A stretch of DNA of 64,000 bases from Candidatus Latescibacterota bacterium. GTDB lineage: Bacteria; Latescibacterota; UBA2968; UBA8231. Under the pieces are notes generated by a model that saw only the letters and a program-made list of their open reading frames with translations, was not told where the DNA came from and searched no databases. Below are positions 27,683 to 35,438 of the stretch, piece by piece. The position numbers and the translations under genes are program-made. Position 1 is the stretch's first letter, and each line of letters begins with the position of its first letter. Location of the stretch: assembly GCA_965221775.1 (NCBI GenBank), contig CBDCSU010000004.1, positions 928,001 to 992,000 of the forward strand. The letters run 5' to 3'.

Positions 27683-28867
27683 TCACCTCCGCAGGTGGCC
27701 GCGGATCGCCTCCAGGCGCTCCTGGTGGGCGCCGCGGTCGCGCTGCCACGCCTCCAGCAGGAAAGCCAGCAGGACGAGGAGCACGGCCGCCGAGCCGCCG
27801 GCGGCGGCGGTGAGCAGGGCCCTGCGGGGGGCGCTGCGCGCCCTGGGCGGCGTCGCCGGGTCCAGTACCTGCAGGGTCGGGGTGTCGCGCGCCTCGCGGA
27901 CCTTGGCCTCCTCGAGCTGGGCCCCGAGAAAGAGCAGGACCTCCTCGCGCATCTTCACCTGCAGGGTCAGGGCGGCGTAGTCCTGCATCAGCCCGGGCAG
28001 CTCCTTCAGGGGCGGGCCCAGGGGACGCCCGGAAGCGCCGGGAGCGCCGCCGCCCATCCGGCGCGAGAGGTCGCCCACCAGCGCCCGCAGCTGCCGGTCG
28101 AGCTCCTCCACCCTCATGGCCAGGGCCTGGCGGTCGGCGTGGTCGGGGGCCACCTGCCGCGAGAGGACGCCGAGCTCGACCTGCTTCAGGGAGAGCTCGA
28201 AGGCGAGGCCCTTGGCCACGTCGACGGCGGCGGCGGTCTGCGCCTCGATGTCGACCACCCCGTGGGCGTCCTGGAAGTCGCGCAGGCGCGACGCGTCGGC
28301 GCCCAGCTCCTCGCGCGTGCTGCGCACCCGGCCCTCGAGGAACCCGCGCAGGGAGGACGCCTGCCGCTGCCGGTACTCGCGGTTGAGGCTGTCGAGGAGG
28401 GCGGCCAGGGTGTTGGCCAGGTCCGCCGCCAGCTCCGGCGTTGCCGCCGTCGCCCGCAGGACCAGGCTGCCGTCGTCGCCGAGCTCCGACTCCAGCGCCT
28501 CCGACAGCCACTCGACGGCGGCGTCCCGGTGCGGGGCCGCGTAGACGCGCACCAGCTCGTGGCGGTCGACGGCCAGGCCGAGGAGCCGGCGGCTCTCCAG
28601 CAGGGTGAGGAGCCGCTCCGAGGGGATCGGCAGGCCCACCAGTCCGGCCAGCCCCAGGGGCAGACCGCCGCCCCCCGGCAGCAGGGAGCGGCCGATCCCC
28701 ACGGCCTCCTCCTCCGGGGGCAGCAGGCTGGTGCGCGCCGTCCAGCGCTCGGGCAGAAGCAGACTGACTCCGGCTGCGGCGGCCGTCGCCGCCAGGGTGC
28801 CGGCGATCAGCAGGCGCCGCCACTTCACCAGGACCAGCAAGTAGTCGAGGAGGTTGCGCTGCTCCAT
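27683..28867 (-). CDS. Wzz/GumC-type polysaccharide co-polymerase (no kinase domain)
   Basis: N-terminal LLDYLLVLVKWRRL plus TM, coiled-coil middle, LQVLDPATPPRARSAPRR plus C-terminal TM. Confidence 0.88.
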   Translation of the reverse strand: MEQRNLLDYLLVLVKWRRLLIAGTLAATAAAAGVSLLLPERWTARTSLLPPEEEAVGIGRSLLPGGGGLPLGLAGLVGLPIPSERLLTLLESRRLLGLAVDRHELVRVYAAPHRDAAVEWLSEALESELGDDGSLVLRATAATPELAADLANTLAALLDSLNREYRQRQASSLRGFLEGRVRSTREELGADASRLRDFQDAHGVVDIEAQTAAAVDVAKGLAFELSLKQVELGVLSRQVAPDHADRQALAMRVEELDRQLRALVGDLSRRMGGGAPGASGRPLGPPLKELPGLMQDYAALTLQVKMREEVLLFLGAQLEEAKVREARDTPTLQVLDPATPPRARSAPRRALLTAAAGGSAAVLLVLLAFLLEAWQRDRGAHQERLEAIRGHLRR

Positions 28868-28869
28868 GC

Positions 28870-30576
28870 TCAGTTGCTCAGGGTCACGAACAGCAGCAGC
28901 ACGGTGGCCACCTGGCTGGCGACCTGGATCCCCTGGGTGAAGAGGAGCCAGTAGTCCCGCGCCGGCTGCTCCTTGACCCAGATCCGGTCCCCCGGCTCGA
29001 TCCGCTCCACGTCCTCCGCGTCCATCCGCTCCCCGGTGCGCGCCTTGATGACCTCCACGTCTCCCGAGGCCTGCCAGCCGAAGCCGCCGGCGCGGGCGAT
29101 GTAGTCGGTGACGGTGTAGCTCTCGACGTAGGGCACGGCCCCCGGAAAGGCCGCCTGCCCGGAGACCAGCACCGTCCTCCGGGAGGCCGGGATGGTGATC
29201 ACGTCCCCCCGGCGGACGAGGATGTTCTGGGACTCGTCGCCCTCCTGGAAGAGAGCCACGAAGTCGACCACCATCTGCCCCTTCTTCTCGCGGCTCTTCA
29301 TGTTGAAGTAGCTCTTCTCCTCCTTGTCCCAGGCCTCGGGGGGGATGGCCAGGATGCGCTGGAACTCCGGGTCGCCCCGGTCGACCTCCTGCAGGCGGCG
29401 CACGACACGGGCCTCCGGCAGGGAGGCCTCCTGGGTGAACCCGCCGGCCCACTCGATGACCTGCACCAGCGGCACCCCCTCCTCCCCGACGATGTAGGGA
29501 CCCGGCCTCGTCACCTCGCCCGTCACGGTGGCGGTGGACTCCTGGAGGTAGCCCTGGCGCATGCGCGCCACCAGCCAGTCCCCGGGCTGCAGGGCCAGGT
29601 CGGCGGCCGGATCGCCGGCCAGGGCCGCTTGCAGATCGACCGGCCGGGCGGCCTGGCGCCGGCCGTCGTCGTGGAACCGGAAGAGGAAGACTCCCTGCGG
29701 ATCGATGTTGGGCGCCGGCCCCATGGACAAGGTCGCCAGGTCGCTGATCCGGTCCCCCTGCACGAACTCGACGATCCTCGGGTTGACCCAGGCCTCCATG
29801 GTGCGCACCGGGTGCTGCCGGGAGGGCACGACGATGATGTCCCCGTCCTCGACGAAGGGGTTGTACCGCGACATACCCGTGAGCTCGTAGAAGTCGAGGT
29901 CGACCCGCCTCGACTCGATCCGGGCGAAGACCTCCAGGTCCCCGGACCGGGCCCAGGCCTGCAGCTGCCGCCGCCGCTCCGGCGTCTGGCCGTGGGTGCG
30001 GATCAGCTGGATGTTGCGCCTGGAGCCGTCGTCGAGGAGGCCCTTCACCTGGCGGAGGACGGCATCGACCCGCAGCACGCCGTTGGCGACGGTGACGCCG
30101 GGCTCCTCCACGAGTCCGGTGACGGTCACCGGGAAGCGCCGCAGGGCGCTCAGCTCGGCCGTGATCCGGCCGTCGATGAAGTTGGCGCGGTAGGCGCTGT
30201 CCAGGGCGGCGCGGACCTCGCGCAGCCGGCGCGCCCCCACCTGGACGCGGCCCATCCGCGGGATGAACAGGCCGCCCTCTGCCAGGACCCGGACCTCCGC
30301 CGGGGCCTCCGCCTCGGGCATGCGGACCAGGAACCGGTCGCCGGGGCCCACGAGATACTCGCCGCTGCGCAGGACCTCCTCGTACGCGTCGATCCCGATC
30401 ACCGGCTCGGGCAGGGGCTCCTCGGGCTCCTCCGGCTCCTCCACCTGCACCTCCGCGCCCTCGCCGGCGGGGATGCGGATCGTCATCGCCTCCTGGCCGG
30501 GGGCCGGCCCCGGGGCGATGGCGAGGGCCGCGAAGGACAGCCACCAGGGAATCCAAGTGCGGTTGCAGCCGTTCAT
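28870..30576 (-). CDS. SLBB-domain polysaccharide export protein (Wza-like)
   Basis: Signal peptide, YLVGPGD, repeated V.G.V..PG / AGG / L..GD SLBB units, C-terminal amphipathic helix. Confidence 0.88.
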   Translation of the reverse strand: MNGCNRTWIPWWLSFAALAIAPGPAPGQEAMTIRIPAGEGAEVQVEEPEEPEEPLPEPVIGIDAYEEVLRSGEYLVGPGDRFLVRMPEAEAPAEVRVLAEGGLFIPRMGRVQVGARRLREVRAALDSAYRANFIDGRITAELSALRRFPVTVTGLVEEPGVTVANGVLRVDAVLRQVKGLLDDGSRRNIQLIRTHGQTPERRRQLQAWARSGDLEVFARIESRRVDLDFYELTGMSRYNPFVEDGDIIVVPSRQHPVRTMEAWVNPRIVEFVQGDRISDLATLSMGPAPNIDPQGVFLFRFHDDGRRQAARPVDLQAALAGDPAADLALQPGDWLVARMRQGYLQESTATVTGEVTRPGPYIVGEEGVPLVQVIEWAGGFTQEASLPEARVVRRLQEVDRGDPEFQRILAIPPEAWDKEEKSYFNMKSREKKGQMVVDFVALFQEGDESQNILVRRGDVITIPASRRTVLVSGQAAFPGAVPYVESYTVTDYIARAGGFGWQASGDVEVIKARTGERMDAEDVERIEPGDRIWVKEQPARDYWLLFTQGIQVASQVATVLLLFVTLSN

Positions 30577-30580
30577 GCCG

Positions 30581-31513
30581 TCACTCCTGCCGCTCTTCGG
30601 CCCGCAGGCCTTCCGTGTCCACGGCCAGGCTCAGCGCCCGGGAGCCGACACCCGCCTCCGCCCAGGCCGCCTCCATGGCGGCTCCCACCCCTTCCTGCGC
30701 GCCCTCGGGCACGAAGGCCAGGACCGACGGGCCGGCGCCGCTGAGGGCGGCTCCGAAGGCGCCGGCACCGAGGGCCGCGGAGCGCACCTCCGCCAGCCCC
30801 GGCACCCGGCCGCTGCGGTAGGGCTCGTGGAGTCGCTCGTCCTCCATGCCGGGCCCCAGCAGGTCGAGGCGCCCCGTGGCCAGGGCCGCCGCCACCAGGC
30901 TGGCCCGGGCGGCGGCGTTCACCGCGTCGGCCCGGGGAACGGCGGCCGGCAGGGACCGGCGGGAGTCGGCCGTGGGCAGCTCGAACTCCGGAACGGCCAC
31001 GACCACCGCCAGGCCGCCCGGCGGATCGAAGCGCGTGCACGCGAGGCCGGGACCGGCCCCGGAAACAATGGTGAAGCCCCCCTGCATGCAGGGCGCGACG
31101 TTGTCGGCGTGCCCCTCCGACGCCAGGCCGTAGTCGAGGAGCCAGTGGGCGTCCACGCGGCCGGCGCAGAGCACCTGCCCCGCCGCGGCGCCGGCCACCA
31201 CGGCGGCGGCGCTGCTGCCGAGTCCGCGCGCCAGGGGGATCTCGTTCGCCGAGCGCAGGCGCAGGTCCGGCCCTTCGTAACCCCCGGCCCGGAGGGCGGC
31301 GCGCAGGGCCCTGACGACGGCGTTGTCCTCCCCCGTCGGCAGATCGGCCGCACCCTCTCCCTCGAGGGCGGCGGTGATGGCCGCCGGGCGGCTGCGGGAT
31401 TGCAGCCGTTGCACGGTCAGGTCGAGATACAGCCCCAGGGCCAGGCCGAAGGCGTCGAGCCCCGGCCCGAGGTTGGCGCTGGTGGCCGGCACGCGGATGC
31501 GGATCTCTGACAC
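30581..31513 (-). CDS. thrB: Homoserine kinase
   Basis: VPATSANLGPGLD, IPLARGLGSSAAA, EGHADNV, LHEPYR, LSGAGPS. Confidence 0.95.
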   Translation of the reverse strand: MSEIRIRVPATSANLGPGLDAFGLALGLYLDLTVQRLQSRSRPAAITAALEGEGAADLPTGEDNAVVRALRAALRAGGYEGPDLRLRSANEIPLARGLGSSAAAVVAGAAAGQVLCAGRVDAHWLLDYGLASEGHADNVAPCMQGGFTIVSGAGPGLACTRFDPPGGLAVVVAVPEFELPTADSRRSLPAAVPRADAVNAAARASLVAAALATGRLDLLGPGMEDERLHEPYRSGRVPGLAEVRSAALGAGAFGAALSGAGPSVLAFVPEGAQEGVGAAMEAAWAEAGVGSRALSLAVDTEGLRAEERQE

Positions 31514-31523
31514 CCGGTCCCCG

Positions 31524-32687
31524 TCAGGCCGCCTCGGCCCGGGAGCCCACCGCGTCGGCCACCGCCGCGGCGACGGCGTCGGCGACGGCGAAACCGCGCT
31601 CCGTCAGCCGCAGGCGCCGGCCCTCGAGGGTGGCGTGCCCGTGGGCGCGCAGCCCCGGCCACAGGGCCGAGGAGGCGAGCCTGCGGCTCTCCTCCGCCTC
31701 GAGCTCGACGCCGGCGCAGGTCCGCAGCCCGAGCCACAGCCGGTCGCGGCGGCGGAGTTCCTCGTCCGGCGGCTCCTCCCCGGCGCGGGCGCTGCCCCGG
31801 GACTCCATCCGCCGCAGGTAGTCGTCGAAGTCGGAGGTGTTCCAGAACCGCCGGCCGTCGAGGAAGCTGTGGGCCGACACCCCCACGCCGAGGTAGTCGC
31901 CTCCCGTCCAGCCGTCCCAGTTGTGGGCGCAGCGGTGCCCGGGACGCGCGAAGTTGGAGATCTCGTAGTGCTCGTAGCCGGCGGCGGTGAAGCTCTCCAC
32001 GGCGTGGAGCCAGGCCTCCTCGTCCTCGGCCTCGCCGACTTCCGGCAGGTCTCCTGTGGCCCGGCGCCGGGCGAAGGCCGTGCCCTCCTCCACGGTCAGG
32101 GCGTAGGTGGAGAGGTGGTCCGGGGCCAGGGCGATGGCCCGCCTGACGGTATGCTCCCAGTCGGCGGCAGCGGCCCCGGGGATGCTGAAGATGAGGTCCA
32201 GGCTGACGCTGTCGAAGCCGGCGCCGCGGGCGATGCCGCAGGCGCGCTCGGCCTCGGCGGCGTCGTGGGCGCGGCCCAGCCGGCGCAGGCTGCTGTCGCG
32301 CAGGGACTGCACGCCGAGGCTCAGCCGGGTGACCCCCGCGCTCCGGAGGTCCCGGAAGCGGCCGGCCTCCGCCGTGGAGGGGTTGGCCTCGCAGGTCACC
32401 TCGGCGCCGCGGCGCAGGCCCAGGAAGCGGTCGGCGGTCTCGAGGATCCCACCCAGGAGGCGCGGCTCCAGGCGGCTGGGGGTGCCGCCCCCGAAGAACA
32501 CGGTATCGAGCCCTCCGCGGTCCCCCAGGCGGGCCCAGGTCTCGATCTCGCCGCACAGGCGCTCGACGTAGAGGCCCTCCTCGGCCCGCCGCCCGGTGAC
32601 CACCGAGAAGGCGCAGTACGGGCACCGCTGCGGGCAGAAGGGGACGTGGACGTAGAGGCCGAAGGGCCGCCGGGGGGATGCCGTCAT
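31524..32687 (-). CDS. hemW: Radical SAM heme chaperone HemW (HemN-like)
   Basis: LYVHVPFCPQRCPYCAF, FFGGGTPS, EANP, RLSLGVQS, HYEISNFA, HN. Confidence 0.92.
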   Translation of the reverse strand: MTASPRRPFGLYVHVPFCPQRCPYCAFSVVTGRRAEEGLYVERLCGEIETWARLGDRGGLDTVFFGGGTPSRLEPRLLGGILETADRFLGLRRGAEVTCEANPSTAEAGRFRDLRSAGVTRLSLGVQSLRDSSLRRLGRAHDAAEAERACGIARGAGFDSVSLDLIFSIPGAAAADWEHTVRRAIALAPDHLSTYALTVEEGTAFARRRATGDLPEVGEAEDEEAWLHAVESFTAAGYEHYEISNFARPGHRCAHNWDGWTGGDYLGVGVSAHSFLDGRRFWNTSDFDDYLRRMESRGSARAGEEPPDEELRRRDRLWLGLRTCAGVELEAEESRRLASSALWPGLRAHGHATLEGRRLRLTERGFAVADAVAAAVADAVGSRAEAA

Positions 32688-33373
32688 CGCGCCGCCGCCC
32701 CGAGCCGGCCCCAGCGCAGGCGGCCGGGCAGGCTCGCCAGGCGGGCCAGCAGGCGCCCCTCCTGGCCCGCGGGCTCGGCCGAGAACCAGACGGCCAGGGG
32801 CCGGCCGATGACGTCGGCCACCGGCAGGAACCCCCACTGCCGGCTGTCGCGGCTGTGATCGCGGTTGTCGCCCATTACGAAGAGGTGGCCCGGCGGCACC
32901 CGCTCCGGGCCCAGGTTGTCCCGGCGGCTGCCGCGGCCGGACAGGATGCGGGGGTCGAGGTGCTTGGACCGGGGCGGGTCGGGGAACCGCTCGCCGTCGA
33001 CGAAGACCGCCTTGTCCCTGATCTCGACGCTCTGACCGGCCACGGCGACACAACGCTGCAGGTAGGTCCGGTACGGCTCCCCCGGGACGCGGAAGAGGAC
33101 GAGATCGCCGGGCGACGGCTCGCCGAGGGCGGGCAGGGCGCCGACGACGGGGACGGGTATGCCGTAGGTCACCCTCTCGAAGAGCAGGCGGTCCCCGGGC
33201 AGCAGGGTGTCCTCCATGCCCCCGGTCCGCACCGCATGCCCTCCCAGGAAGAGGGTGTTCACCACCACCAGGCCAAGGCCGGCCAGGACCAGGGTCCGGA
33301 GGAGGGAACGCCGGCGGGAACGGGACCCGGTCGATCTCCGGCGCCGGGTGCGCGAGGACTTCCTCTTCGCCAT
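32684..33373 (-). CDS. lepB: Signal peptidase I homolog lacking both catalytic residues
   Basis: TM segment, MEDTLLPGD box, GDNRDHSRDSRQWGF box and position after lepA identify the family. Box B reads TGGM (normally SGSM) and box D reads YLQR (normally YIKR). Confidence 0.9.
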   Translation of the reverse strand: MAKRKSSRTRRRRSTGSRSRRRSLLRTLVLAGLGLVVVNTLFLGGHAVRTGGMEDTLLPGDRLLFERVTYGIPVPVVGALPALGEPSPGDLVLFRVPGEPYRTYLQRCVAVAGQSVEIRDKAVFVDGERFPDPPRSKHLDPRILSGRGSRRDNLGPERVPPGHLFVMGDNRDHSRDSRQWGFLPVADVIGRPLAVWFSAEPAGQEGRLLARLASLPGRLRWGRLGAAAR

Positions 33374-33389
33374 GGCCGTGCCCGGCCGT

Positions 33390-35192
33390 CTATTCCTCGA
33401 TCTGCAGGGCCGCCAGGAAGGCTTCCTGGGGGATCTCCACGCTGCCCACCTGCTTCATCCGCTTCTTGCCCTCCTTCTGCCGTTCCAGGAGCTTGCGCTT
33501 GCGCGTCACGTCGCCTCCGTAGCACTTGGCGATCACGTTCTTGCGGAAGGGCTTCACGCTCTCCCGGGAGATGATCTTGTTGCCGATGGCCGCCTGGATG
33601 GCCACCTCGAACATCTGCCGGGGGATCAGTTCCTTGAGCTTGGAGCACAGGCGCCGGCCCCACTCGTAGGCCTTGTCGCGGTGGATGATCACCGCCAGGG
33701 CGTCGAGGAGGTCGCCGTTGATCAGGATGTCGAGGCGCACCAGCGGGCCGGCGCGCATCTCCTTGTGCTCGTAGTCGAAGGAGGCGTATCCCCGGGACAC
33801 GGACTTGAGGCGGTCGTAGAAGTCGACGACGACCTCGGCCAGGGGCAGGTCGTAGTGGAGGATGGCGCGGCTGGCGTCGAGGTACTCCGTGTTCCGGTAG
33901 GAACCCCGGCGCTCGTTGCAGACCTGCATCACCGCGCCGATGTACTCGGCGGGCACCAGCATCTGCGCCTCGAGGATCGGCTCGCGGATCTCGTCGATCT
34001 CTCCGGGAGGCGGCAGGTGGGCGGGGTTCTCCACCTCCAGCATGGTGGCGTCCGTGCGCAGGACCTCGTAGCGCACGTTGGGCAGGGTCGTGATCAGGTC
34101 GATCCGGTACTCCCGGTCGATGCGCTCCTGCACGATCTCCATGTGCAGGAGGCCGAGGAACCCGCAGCGGAAGCCGAAGCCCAGGGCCGGGGAGTTCTCG
34201 GGCTCGAAGGTGAAGGCCGCGTCGTTGAGCCGCAGGCGCTCGAGTGCTCCCCGCAGGTCCGCGTGGGCGTCGGCGTCGACCGGGAAGAGGCCCGAGAACA
34301 CCATCGGCTTGAGGGGCTGGTACCCCGGCAGGGGCTCGATCTCGCCGCAACCCCCGGCCGCCATCACCGTATCGCCGACACGGGCCTCGCCGAGATCGCG
34401 CACCCCGGCGATGAGATAGCCGACCTCGCCCGTCCCCATCTCTTCGGCGGCGAACCGTCCCAGGCGCAGGAGGCCGATCTCCTCCACCTCGTACTCGCGC
34501 CCCGTGGAGTGGAAGCGCACGCGCTGGCCCCTCCGGAGGGAGCCGTCGACGATGCGGATGAAACAGATCACGCCGCGGAAGTTGTCGTAGAGGGAATCGA
34601 AGACCAGCGCCCGGAGCGGGGCCTCCGCCGAGCCCGCCGCCGCCGGGACGCGCTCCACCACCGCCGCCAGCACCTCGGCGACGCCGGTGCCCTCCTTGGC
34701 GCTGATCGGCAGGATCTCGTCGCGGTCGCCGCCGATGAGATCGAGGATCTGCTGCTCCACGGCGGCCACGTCCGCCCCCGCCACGTCGATCTTGTTGACG
34801 CAGGGAATGATCGCCAGGTCGTGGTCCATGGCCAGCAGCAGATTGCTCACCGTCTGCGCCTCGACGCCCTGGGTGGCGTCGACGACGAGGATGGCGCCCT
34901 CGCAGGCGGCCAGACTGCGGGAGACCTCGTAGGTGAAATCGACGTGCCCCGGCGTGTCGATGAGGTTCAGTTGGTACTCCTCGCCGTCGGCGGCCCGGTA
35001 CTGCATGCGCACGGCGTGGGCCTTGATCGTGATCCCCCGTTCGCGCTCGAGGTCCATGCTGTCCAGAACCTGGGCCTGCATCTGTTCGGCGCCCAGAGTC
35101 TCCGTCCTCTCCAGGAGGCGGTCGGCGAGGGTGGACTTGCCGTGGTCGATGTGGGCGATGATGCAGAAGTTGCGGATGCGAGAGCGATCCAT
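33390..35192 (-). CDS. lepA: Elongation factor 4
   Basis: IRNFCIIAHIDHGKSTLADR, IDTPGHVDF, GFRCGFLGLLH, KCYGGDVTRKRKLLE. Confidence 0.98.
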   Translation of the reverse strand: MDRSRIRNFCIIAHIDHGKSTLADRLLERTETLGAEQMQAQVLDSMDLERERGITIKAHAVRMQYRAADGEEYQLNLIDTPGHVDFTYEVSRSLAACEGAILVVDATQGVEAQTVSNLLLAMDHDLAIIPCVNKIDVAGADVAAVEQQILDLIGGDRDEILPISAKEGTGVAEVLAAVVERVPAAAGSAEAPLRALVFDSLYDNFRGVICFIRIVDGSLRRGQRVRFHSTGREYEVEEIGLLRLGRFAAEEMGTGEVGYLIAGVRDLGEARVGDTVMAAGGCGEIEPLPGYQPLKPMVFSGLFPVDADAHADLRGALERLRLNDAAFTFEPENSPALGFGFRCGFLGLLHMEIVQERIDREYRIDLITTLPNVRYEVLRTDATMLEVENPAHLPPPGEIDEIREPILEAQMLVPAEYIGAVMQVCNERRGSYRNTEYLDASRAILHYDLPLAEVVVDFYDRLKSVSRGYASFDYEHKEMRAGPLVRLDILINGDLLDALAVIIHRDKAYEWGRRLCSKLKELIPRQMFEVAIQAAIGNKIISRESVKPFRKNVIAKCYGGDVTRKRKLLERQKEGKKRMKQVGSVEIPQEAFLAALQIEE

Positions 35193-35199
35193 GACAGCG

Positions 35200-35228
35200 A
35201 GTCTATGGGTGTCCCCCGCTTCTGTCAA
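35200..35228 (-). promoter_or_regulatory. sigma70 promoter of lepA (leaderless geometry)
   Basis: TTGACA-17 nt-TAGACT-7 nt-ATG(35192); no SD sequence. Confidence 0.75.
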
Positions 35229-35343
35229 ACGGGTGGTTCCATTCGTTCAATTCATTCTTCCGCAATCGATTAGCCTCCTTCATGTCAACCTTGTCGACAA
35301 ATGGAGGAGACCCCGGGGAGAGGCTCCTCGGGGCCGGATCTGC

Positions 35344-35371
35344 TTGACACCCGGAGGAGATCCTCTAGCTT
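35344..35371 (+). promoter_or_regulatory. sigma70 promoter of the large hypothetical-hemE operon
   Basis: TTGACA-16 nt-TAGCTT. Confidence 0.6.
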
Positions 35372-35438
35372 CCTCTGTTTCCGTTCGGACCCGAATTGCA
35401 CCTGCCGCCCGGCAGACCCCGAAAATCAGAAGGATGTC

